In this document: positions 44,525-55,541 of the stretch, in pieces | Layout of the letters: each line of letters starts with the position of its first letter | Numbering within the stretch: the first letter of the stretch is position 1 | Assembly: GCF_009914755.1 (NCBI RefSeq) | Contig: NC_060934.1 | DNA: 64,000 bases | Direction: 5' to 3' (one strand) | Origin: the human T2T-CHM13v2.0 reference genome, Homo sapiens | The notes under the pieces: model-generated | What the model was told of the DNA's origin: nothing | Seen by the model: only the letters and a program-made list of their open reading frames with translations | The model's database searches: none | Position numbers and translations under genes: made by a program

Positions 44525-46619
44525 TACTAAGCATCCTGTGGGAAAAGCGTCTTCCAAGAAAGTACAATTTCATTCTAAAGAGTTTCCTCACCTTCATTTC
44601 CCTTAATCCTAGTATACAGCATCTCTTCCCCTGCAAGGACATAGAACTCTGGAACCCTATCCTGCCCCTTTCCCAGTCATTTTTCAGGCAGGCACCAGCA
44701 ATGAACACACAGTTCTTTGCTGGCAAGTTAAGGAAGACAATTTTCCCTTTCACTGCCTCTTGAAGCTGAACATCAACTGTTTCACCACTTGTGATTCAAA
44801 TCCATTAATTAAAATAAATATAAAGTAAAACTCTCTCAGCCAGGAGGAAGAGGACAGATGGGGAAGCGGAGGAGGTAGAGATAGCTGATGTCTTCTCAGA
44901 GGAAAAAAAAAGGAAAAGAAAAACAAGAAGCATGAAATGGGGCGGGGTGGGGGGAGTTAATTAAGAGAGGTAAAGTGTGTTTGAATTTAATTTACAGTTC
45001 ACAACAATTTTAAGTCTCATAATAGTTGTATTGCTTAAATGAGAAGAGGAAAACCTCTCTAATACCAAATTGGTGGAGGGAGTGTTATAATCTTAAATCA
45101 CCTCCAAAAATCATAATACGTGATCTCTGGCAGTTCTTCAGCCTGAGCTATAGCAAAATCGTCTCTTCATTAATAACTTGTGAAAGCCACACCTTCCCCC
45201 ACCTCAACTATGCTCTGCATTCTACCAGTTTTTAATTCTTTTTTCCCTTGCCTCTCATTGCCTGAAATAAGGCATTGGCAAGTAAGAGGAAAAAAAGAAT
45301 AAATTTAAGTCCTTCTCTATCCCAACCCAATATGCACCAGTCTATAGAATTACGATTAGAAAATTGTGTCTATGGCATGTATCACACAACACAACCTCTG
45401 CAATTTATTAGTGCAATGTGTGCACCTAAAGTCTCACCCAAACATGAAAAAGCCCTGAACTTAGCATATTTAGCTAAACAGCCCGTACTCCAAAGTGATA
45501 TGATTTCAGACAACCACACAAATTTGAACTAGAGTAGGCAGAGTTACTTTATAAGATCTTAATGGAGATAGACACAGCTAAGAGGATTATAGTGTAATAA
45601 TTTTAGGTAAATGAAAGAAAATACATATGTTTGGTTTTGTCTGAATCAGTCTTGTGATTGTCTCTGTCCTCCACATTGAGCTAATGAGATGCCAGAAGGA
45701 ATCTTACAGATAGATCATCTCTCACAGAAACTGGGATCCAGCGAGGGTGGACTTGCTCGGTAACACACAGCTAGTCAGTGGCAAAGCCATGACACCAGCT
45801 CCTCTGACTTTGAAATTTTTATTTTTTTCTTACAACATGACATTCATTCATAATAAGGAATGAGAAATATACACTCATGTTTTTTAAAAACTGAAAGGAA
45901 AGCCACAATATGAATCCAAAATACTTCAAATATAATTATGAATTAGTCTGAAAATGGGGACATTTTAATCTATTTATTTACCATGTTCTATACTAATATA
46001 AAAGGCAGATATCGGAATAAGGTGGAAATGACTACTCGGGAAAAAATAAACCTTAGTTCCCACTTTAAAAACAAAAACAAAACAAAACTGCAGACTAGGA
46101 ACTCTGAGCATGTGAGAATACCATTATAATCTTTTGTACTCTTTCCACTGGATCTCAGTGTGACCAAAAGAAATGGGCAAATGAATTCTGAAGAAGATTT
46201 GAGTAAAAGCCAGAAGGTAATGTATCTTGTGAATTAAAGAAAATCAGTCCTCATAGAGTCAAGAGGTAGGGGAAGAAGAACGAAAGGCAAAAGCACAAGC
46301 CTAGTTCCCAAAGAATGAAGAGATCATAGAAATGAACAGGTGGAGTTAAATCCATATAGGCTGGGGGCTCTTCCAGCTCTCCTTGTTTCCTGGTTAATTA
46401 AGCAACTGTAAAGGAGGAGAAAAAAAAATCTCAGCTTTACTCATGGTTCTGTGTGCTTCCCTCATTCCTAAATTTAATAGATGTGGGTAGGAGGTGGGAT
46501 TTAAGCTGTATCAGTCTTACCTATCACCACAAAGCTGTCAACCTGTGAAAGAAAAAACATGGAGAAAATACACTTTGAAATAGATTGCTGAAGCAATAGC
46601 TCATCAGCAAGCCCTGTCA

Positions 46620-47400
46620 GCTGTACCTTCAAACAGATTCTTATCCTTACACTAGTTCTCTTGTCTTTCTTCTGGATTACTGCCCCTCATTCAGGTTTCC
46701 CTGCTGTTACACTCGCCCCACCACCAACCTCTTAAAAATGTAAAACAGATCAAATCACTCCTCTGCCCAAAGCTCTCCAAAGACTTCTCACTGCATTTAG
46801 AATAAAATCCAACTCCCTACCACAGCCTACAACTCCCTATTACCCCCTCCCACAGCCTATAAGGCCTACATAACACAATCCCTACTGGCCTCTGCACCTG
46901 CATCTCCCTCCAGGAACCTGGAAGCTCACTACGCAGTCTTAACCCCGCAGGTCTTCATCTTCTCTCCTAATTATACCAAGTTCCTTTCTACGTGGTCAAA
47001 GTTGTGATAGTCAATACCCTGTTAATAATCTTAAGGATGTTTCCTGGTCTTGGAATGCTCTGACCCCAGATTTTTCCATGGCTAACTCCTTAACATTCAA
47101 AAATAGCTTAAATGTTAACATCTGGTCGCTCCTGATAACCCAATTTAAAGTAACATACCACACACAAATAAATATCACACCAGTCTATGACTGTGTTTTA
47201 CTGTCTTCCTAAGTTATCTCTGTCTGAAAAGTATGTTGCTCATTTACTCGCGCTGTATAACGCTTCCATCCTCTCAAACATACACATTTACTCGCAGGTA
47301 AACTCCTTGGGAATTTGGACTTTGTCTTCCTTTGTTCCTTGCTGAATCCCCAAAGCCTAGAACAATGCCTGGTACTCAGTGGATACTGACTGTTTATCAA
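46620..47400 (+). mobile_element. L2a remnant
   Basis: CAGATCAAATCACTCCTCTGCCCAAAGCTCTCCAA..TTTAGAATAAAATCCAA..; 3' end GCCTAGAACAATGCCTGG.ACTCAGTGG. Confidence 0.7.
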
Positions 47401-47794
47401 ACGATTGATTTTGTCTATCCTAAACTTTCCCTAAACCTTGTCTCTGCCATGCATTTTCCTAGTATTTGTTCACTATCACTTCTCTTCCTGTCTGTTCCCT
47501 TTCAGAATTTCTTTTGGTCTCCATTTTGCTTATAACAACACTGAAGAATTACAGAATCAACAAGGATAAAAAAGAAGGATGTTAATGCTAATAGAAACCC
47601 ACTCAGCCTATGCTACTGGCAGTGGGGCAGAAGGGCAAGTAAACTGCTTCTTAAGGGCAAAAGCCCATAGAGTCAATATCACCCATTAGTGCAGCTCTGA
47701 ATGAAGGGCAACATCAAAAGGAATTATGGAGGTAGACTCTTTGTGACCTAAAAAAGTACCACATGCCCTGTAGACACTCAGCAGTTCTTACAAA

Positions 47795-48089
47795 CTTTTT
47801 TTTGAGAGACAGTCTCACTCTGTTGCCTAGGCCTGGGTGAAGGGGTGCAATCATAGCTAACTGCAGCCTTGAACTCATCAGCTCAATCAGTCCTCCTGCC
47901 TCAGCCTCCAGAATACACTACAGGCGTGTATCACCATGCTCAACTAATTTTTTAATTTTTTTTTTTGTAAAGATGGGGGTCTTGCTATGTTGCCTAGGCT
48001 GGCCTTGAACACCTGTCCTCAAGCGATCTTCCTGTCTTGGCCTCCCAAAGTGTTGGGATTACAGGCATGAGCCACCATACCATGCCTGC
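47795..48089 (-). mobile_element. AluJ
   Basis: Degenerate dimeric Alu on the reverse strand. Confidence 0.9.
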
Positions 48090-48873
48090 CTGGTTCTTAA
48101 AATTTTTAATGTGCAAAAGATTCAGATGCAGTAGGTTTTGACGTGATCTGGGAATCTGCACTTTTGACAGACACTCCCAAGTGATTCTGATACAGGCAGT
48201 CTTCGGAAACTTTGAACTCAGGCCAAAGGATGACTAGCAAATTACCAGGTAAATGGTTTAAGCAATAATCTTTTTTATCTCTACCCTGAAGCTGATTCTC
48301 AAAACAAGTCAAATTCCATTTCAATACTTGCTTAGTATTATTTAAATTCATTGGTCTTTAAGTACAACTTATAGCCATTTTAAACCTATAATAGCTACTG
48401 TCATGGGGCAGCTACTATGTTCTACATAGTGTCATCAGTGATTTACACAGGTATATTATCCCATTTTATAGATGAAAATTTTGAGCTTCAGTTAAGTAAG
48501 TGTGGACAACCATTAAGTGCAAGAGATCTGCATGTTAATATAGTCTGTGTTCCATGGAGTCTATACTTACCACTAATTATACCCTAATAGAAGTAAAACC
48601 AATAAATAAAAGTCCATATTTGTAAATAAAGGAAGGGGAAGAATTTTACTCTCAAATACTTCTCACTTTAGAAAAAGACTGTATGAAATTTATTTATCAG
48701 CTTTGAAAGTACATTTAAATAACGTAACAATGGCATGGCAACCTCTAAAAATGAATCAGTCTTAACAATCCTTTCCTAAAGCAAATAACCACCCTCTTAA
48801 CTAATGAAAGCTGGTTCACTATTTACAGCTCTACCAGTGGTTCTCAAACTGAGCTAATGATCAAGAATCGCTT

Positions 48874-49395
<522 letters not shown>

Positions 49396-49449
49396 TTATT
49401 TTTTAAGCTCTCCAGGGGGTTCTGATGAGTAGGGTTCAGAACTTTTGTT

Positions 49450-49810
49450 CCCTTAACACCGGCATTCTACAAATGAATAAATTGAGGCCCTAAAAGGGTA
49501 GGATTTGCCTAACGACACACAGCTTGTAAGTACACACAGTAGGCTGGAACAACAATATCCTGACTCTCGTTTGGTGCTTTTACACCAATTCAAGCTGCTG
49601 TTTTTGGTAAGACTGTACTTATTTCTGCTCTGCTGCTCATGCTTTGCTGGGTACTTAGTATTCACTATCCTACAACTTATTCCCTCATCTGCAATCTGGG
49701 AATAATAATAGTGCCTGCCTCTTAAGAGTTGCTGCAAGGATTAAATAGTATAACATTCATTATATAATGCACTTAACACAGTGCCTGGCATATTGTGAGT
49801 ACTCATTAGC
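49450..49810. mobile_element. MIR fragments
   Basis: ATTCTACAAATGAATAAATTGAGGC..TTTGCCTAA..ACACAGCT; CCTCATCTGCAATCTGGGAATAATAATAGT..ACAGTGCCTGGCATA. Confidence 0.6.
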
Positions 49811-50449
49811 CAGGTTATGTAATCCACTTTAAAAAGTATGCCTATTTTAACTGGAGAGGATTCACTGAACCACTCCAATTACAAAATGTACAAGAAACCC
49901 ATGTTCAGCTTTGGAATCCAAAAAGACTTTAAACTCAGGGTTAAGTTTAAAGTCATAGTATCTAATGTCTTGCTTTTCTAGTCATTTACTTATGCCAAAA
50001 GTTAGTTCACGCCAAGGAGAAGGATGCCTCTGTGTAGTGAAACAATTTCACAATTACTGACTGAACTGACTGTTGCACACCACTATTTCTCCTAGGATGC
50101 CTCAGAACCATCTAGTAACTCCATCTCTGGGTGACGACAGGGAATCTGCATTTATAAAAGCCCGCTCCCCCTTCTCAGGCAAACCAAGATTTGATAACCA
50201 CTAGTATGTTCAGAATCCACGACCACTGTAAATGGCCTCTCAAGTCTCTCCAGCAAAAAGCTATACTGCTCTGTAACCAGAAGAGCAGCGTCATCAGGTC
50301 CTGATGCAAACAACAGCTGGGCCCAGCTGGGCCCAGCTGGGCCGAGTAACCTTGATGATCACAGAGGACGGCCTGGACCCCCTCCCCTCCTAGGAAACAC
50401 AAAATTATAAAAGCGCCCTCCTGCAATTCCCGTGGGAGACAGTGCTGCC

Positions 50450-52210
50450 TAGGCCGCTACGAGGAGCTAAGGCTGACTCAACAGCCTCCTTCCCAGGGGC
50501 AAGGCCAAAGGAAGGCGACCCTGCATGGCTAACCAGGCCCCAGCGCGGCGCCAGAAGGTTAACGACCCTCCCTGCCCCTTTCCTTATGAAGGCCAAGAGC
50601 CTCCACTACTCCGGGGGCCAGCTGACGGAAGTGCGTCACTCCACCCTGCGGGGAGTGCCGGGAGTTGTAGTCAAGTGGCTACTAATCTTCCACCCCGATT
50701 CATCTTTTCTAAAACAAGAAAAACACCTCTGCATCCTGAAAAAGATCGCTTTATGCCCAACATGTGTAATAGTTCCTCTATTTTCCAATCAACAAACTGA
50801 ACTATCTCAGAGCTCAAGCGGAAGGCCGGACTACAAGTCCCGGCATGCTCCGCAGGGTCCCCGGGCGCCCGGCCACCGTCGTAGGTGCGGGCCGCATGAA
50901 TGGAGCGCCGGGCGTAAGGCAAAGCCTGGCACCGTCTGCGCGGCCGCTATCTGCTCCCGGAGCGTGAGTGCGGGGTGTGGGGCGTGCGCGTGCGCGCTCA
51001 GAGGGGGCTCAAGGCGAGCGCGCCGGGCAGTTGCGGGCGCGTGGCTGCTGAGGTTGGCGGCGGTGCCGCGCGCCCGACGGGCCGGTGGTTGCGGGGCCTC
51101 CCGCCTCGACCCGGGCTGGGGGCAGCCGTGGCGGCCGCCGGGGACCGCAAGGGGCGGAGGAAAGGAGGGGGCCGGTCCCGGCACGCAGAGGAGCAGCCGA
51201 CCATGCCCCGAGACAACATGGCCTCCTTGATCCAACGGATCGCCCGCCAGGCTTGCCTCACCTTCCGGGGCAGCTGGGGCGGCCGCGGCGCTTCCGATCG
51301 CGACGCGGCTTCTGGCGCGGAGGCGCCGATGCAGCCGGGCTTCCCCGAGAACCTGAGCAAGCTGAAGAGCCTCCTGACCCAGCTCCGCGCCGAGGACTTG
51401 AACATCGCCCCGCGCAAGGCCACACTGCAGCCGCTGCCGCCCAACCTGCCGCCAGTCACCTACATGCACATCTACGAGACGGACGGCTTCAGCCTGGGCG
51501 TGTTCCTGCTCAAGAGCGGCACGTCCATCCCGCTGCACGACCACCCGGGCATGCACGGCATGCTCAAGGTGCTGTACGGCACCGTGCGCATCAGCTGCAT
51601 GGACAAGCTAGACGCGGGCGGCGGGCAACGGCCGCGGGCCTTGCCGCCCGAGCAGCAGTTCGAGCCGCCGCTGCAGCCCCGGGAGCGAGAAGCCGTGCGG
51701 CCGGGCGTGCTGCGTTCGCGGGCCGAGTACACCGAGGCCAGCGGCCCCTGCATCCTCACACCGCACCGGGACAACCTGCACCAGATCGACGCCGTGGAAG
51801 GGCCTGCCGCCTTCCTGGACATCCTGGCCCCGCCCTACGACCCGGACGATGGCCGGGACTGCCACTATTACCGGGTGCTGGAGCCGGTCAGGCCCAAGGA
51901 GGCCTCCAGCTCGGCCTGTGACCTGCCTCGAGAGGTGTGGCTCCTGGAGACCCCACAGGCCGATGACTTCTGGTGCGAGGGAGAACCCTATCCAGGTCCC
52001 AAGGTCTTCCCTTGAAGCCACTGGCGCCCAGGAGCGGTGGGCCGAAGACGTGCCCTACCCTACCACAAGGGCTGTGTCTCTACCCCCTAGCCTGGGCGTT
52101 GGATCTACTGGAATGAGCAGCAGCCGCTTCCTCGGCAGCCTTGGGAAGCACGGGCGACTGGACAGCAGCCGCCGGGCACGGTTATGGGGGCGGGGTGGGC
52201 GGGGAGGCTA
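50450..52210. promoter_or_regulatory. ADO: ADO CpG island and promoter
   Basis: High GC and CpG. ETS CGGAAGTG 50626-50633 flanked by CRE half-sites; ZNF143/THAP11 ACTACA motifs at 50657-50672 (-) and 50828-50848 (+); NRF1-like TGCGCGTGCGC 50985-50995. Confidence 0.85.
51203..52015 (+). CDS. ADO: 2-aminoethanethiol (cysteamine) dioxygenase / N-terminal cysteine oxidase, 270 aa, single exon
   Basis: MPRDNMASLIQRIARQA...YPGPKVFP. Cupin iron ligands H112 (51536), H114 (51542), H193 (51779); C220-H-Y222 motif; 813 nt = 270 aa + TGA. Confidence 0.99.
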   Translation: MPRDNMASLIQRIARQACLTFRGSWGGRGASDRDAASGAEAPMQPGFPENLSKLKSLLTQLRAEDLNIAPRKATLQPLPPNLPPVTYMHIYETDGFSLGVFLLKSGTSIPLHDHPGMHGMLKVLYGTVRISCMDKLDAGGGQRPRALPPEQQFEPPLQPREREAVRPGVLRSRAEYTEASGPCILTPHRDNLHQIDAVEGPAAFLDILAPPYDPDDGRDCHYYRVLEPVRPKEASSSACDLPREVWLLETPQADDFWCEGEPYPGPKVFP

Positions 52211-53440
52211 GATTGTTTCCTGGTACTGTCACTGCCACTGGGGCTTTGATTTGGAGGAATGGGGCAGGGGACTATCTGAAGCGCTTCCATCCTAAAGCCA
52301 TAATGAAAATATCTTCCTCTCTTCCCCATTCTATACAAAATACTAAGTGGTTTTCTTGCTCCCACTCCCTACCCCTTAGTTAAATAGGGTTTATTTTCCA
52401 CTCATGCCCTTATGCCTTTTTTTCTTATAGTTTTTTAACTTATTGACTGTGCATGACCCAGTGGTTTGAATTGTTTTTAGTTCAAGTCATTGGTAAAAAC
52501 TAGGTTTAAGGAGATGAGCTACTGTTTAAAGTGAGCTGGCCTGCCTAATTAATTCCTTGTGAAAACTAAATGATTTTTTCAGTTTGGGGATCATTCTCAC
52601 AACATAACTATGCATGTAGAGGACAAGATTTATTTTCTTTCCTCCCTTTGCCCAGTAGCCACATCTGGTTTACTCAGGCAGCATCTACTAAGAAATTCAG
52701 CACCTGCATATCTCTGTGACATGGTCACTTAGAGCTTATCTTCCCTATGAATCTCCAGATCTGTGAGTCGAGCAGATTTCATGTTGCAGATTCACCTTTA
52801 ATGCAAAGACTGTATTATCCTCACATGACTTTTTTTCTTGTCTTACTGTACCTTAAAAGGTGATAGAGTAATTCTGTATTTTCTAACGGGAAGATTCAAA
52901 GGAGCTGAATGTGTTATGCTTCCAAACAACTGAATGTAAAACACTCCTAGCCAGTTGTTGCATTCCCTATATTTATTTACTTCCAATATTTTACTGTAAA
53001 AGTAGGGAGAAATATTATGTTGATAGTTGTTTCATATTCTCTCAGGAACTTTAATGTTCCCGACTCGGGTGATTCCAGCTGTGTTGCTGGCAGTGTTGTC
53101 TCAACCCTCTCCCTAAAATGACTGAGCCCTGGGTTCATCTAATGTGGTTTTCCTTAGGAAGAGATAGAAGGCACAGAAGATCACAGCTAGAGAATTGAGA
53201 ATTAACTATACTACTAGCCATTTTAGGGCACCAAAACTTGGGATTAAACACTTCCTACTTCCCACTCCCAACTCCTGAAATGAAGTCTTGCTATCTGTGA
53301 CTAGTTTTATTTTTGTGCTTTTAATAGTCCGAGCAGTCTTACCTTGTTTACACATGTATTGACACCATTTGCTTCAGGCCATGGAGCACTGTTTCTCCCT
53401 TTTTACTATTTATAGGATTCCGTTTTTTCACAAGACTTTT

Positions 53441-53474
53441 AATAAAAAGAAATTGTAGAAATAAACACATTAAA
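53441..53474 (+). terminator. ADO: Candidate proximal ADO poly(A) signal cluster
   Basis: AATAAA 53441-53446, AATAAA 53460-53465, ATTAAA 53469-53474. Confidence 0.5.
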
Positions 53475-54593
53475 ATTTGCCCAGCTGTCGTCTAAGCCCT
53501 CTTGATTGACTTGCCCAAGTGGCAATAGAGTTCTAATATCTATAATAAAGGGAGATTTGCTATTATTAGTGGAATGTTGACCCCGTATGTAGAGAAACAG
53601 TACGTGCCTTTGCCTCTTTATGCACACAGAGACCCAGGGTGAGGGAGTATTTGTTCCCAGTTTTTAAGATAGTATAAAAAAGCAAATACTTGGTGAGTGA
53701 TTTAAAAATAAAACCAAAACAAAACACAAAAAGATATTCCACAGGACATGCCACTTTATTATAAAACCTGACACAGGCATAGTACCAAGTATTTCCTGCA
53801 TTGTTGCTAAAATTGTTTTATTGTAGCTCCACATTCTGGTGTAGTTTAAAATGCCTTTGGGGGCAGTTTGAAGCAGTTCTTCATGCCACTTAGTTTGAAA
53901 ATAAAATTCTAGATATGCAAATGATTTTCTTAGAAAACTTCACAAAATAAAAGATCTTGTTTTTTTTTCCATAGCACAGTAATGAATGTGGTTATCAATC
54001 ACATACTTTTTTGGATTATATTGTAGCAAAAAGTTGATTAGCTTACCAAGATTATTAATAGCAATGTATGTGTTATAATACAACTTAGTACATTAAAGCT
54101 ACGAAAACTCATCCTGGCTGTAGGATAGTAATAAAGGAAGAATTATGACTTCATTATGAAAAAAAGAAGTTTTAAAGTTTTCAATTACGAGCAATTTGGA
54201 AGAAAAAACCTAAGGTGCTTTTCAAAAGAGTAACTGAAATTGTTGCAGGCCAAAACAGCAATATGATATCTCAGATTTAGTTCAATAAGAACAGTGAAAC
54301 TTTTGGTTCACTAATAAATTCTGAGTAAATTAGTGGTGAAGACAAAATATAACTTGTTTTAGTGAGCCACTGAGGAAAGAATATGCTTATTACAAAGACA
54401 AAATGTGGTGCAGAAACTATCTTGCACCTGTGTGCATAAACTGTTAGTCGTGACTGACTTGGTGTGTTGCTATTGTGTTTCTATATACTCCGTCCAATAT
54501 AGATAATGTTTTAATAACAACTGTGGGATAAAAGTTATCTTCCCCTTGGAAAGACTAATGAGCACAATGATATTAATCACTTTTATGGTGAAT

Positions 54594-54599
54594 AATAAA
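54594..54599 (+). terminator. ADO: Likely distal ADO poly(A) signal
   Basis: AATAAA followed by a GT/T-rich downstream element; would give an mRNA of about 3.7 kb. Confidence 0.6.
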
Positions 54600-55263
54600 T
54601 GCAATAATTGCCTCATGGGTGAGAAATTGTCTGTCTAAATGCTTCTGAAGCTTTTAAAGTATCTGGTTCTGTCACTGGCCAGTTATATCAATGCAGAGTA
54701 TTGTGTACCTACTTACTATTTTATGAGAATTGATTTTTACTAAGCCTGATTTGAATGGGTTGCATTTACACCAACTGCTATTTATTAATGAAAGTGGTAG
54801 CCTGCTTTTTAAGTAATATGTGTTTTGGCAACAGGAGAGGGTTTTCTGAGCTTTTAACACCAGTAACCCTGAACTTCTTCCAAAATCCACACCTTTTATT
54901 CCCCCTTTTCCTTGTCTCCTTCTAGGTGCCTCAGTCCTGGCATCTCGGGAGGACTCTGCCATTACTCATCTGTTACTGATTCTGAATCTTGTGCTCTAGC
55001 TCTACAGCCCAGTGAAGAAGCAATATATCTTTAATTCAGGGCTTGCCTCTTGCTTTCCAACTCTAACCTGAGAGCAGTGCTACTTTTGTAATTGCAGGTC
55101 TAAATAACTTAAGCGTATATACAGAAGCCAATCACTGATCACTTCCATTGCAATGAGGCATCTGTTGTCAAAGAAGGAAACCATTTGTCAAGTCCCTTAT
55201 AGATATTGAATCTTCAAACCCAAATCTGGGGATGTTTACATTTCTGGATTAAAATCAGTGTAC

Positions 55264-55541
<278 letters not shown>

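Noticed and set aside
50406-50413. TATAAAAG as the ADO TATA box
   Set aside because: About 420 bp upstream of the forward ZNF143 motif and CpG core where initiation is expected; cannot be supported without CAGE.
51085-51921. 278-aa alternative-frame ORF over ADO, and antisense ORFs 50831-51556 and 51608-52021
   Set aside because: The 278-aa frame has no ATG; long shadow frames are expected from high GC3 codon usage.
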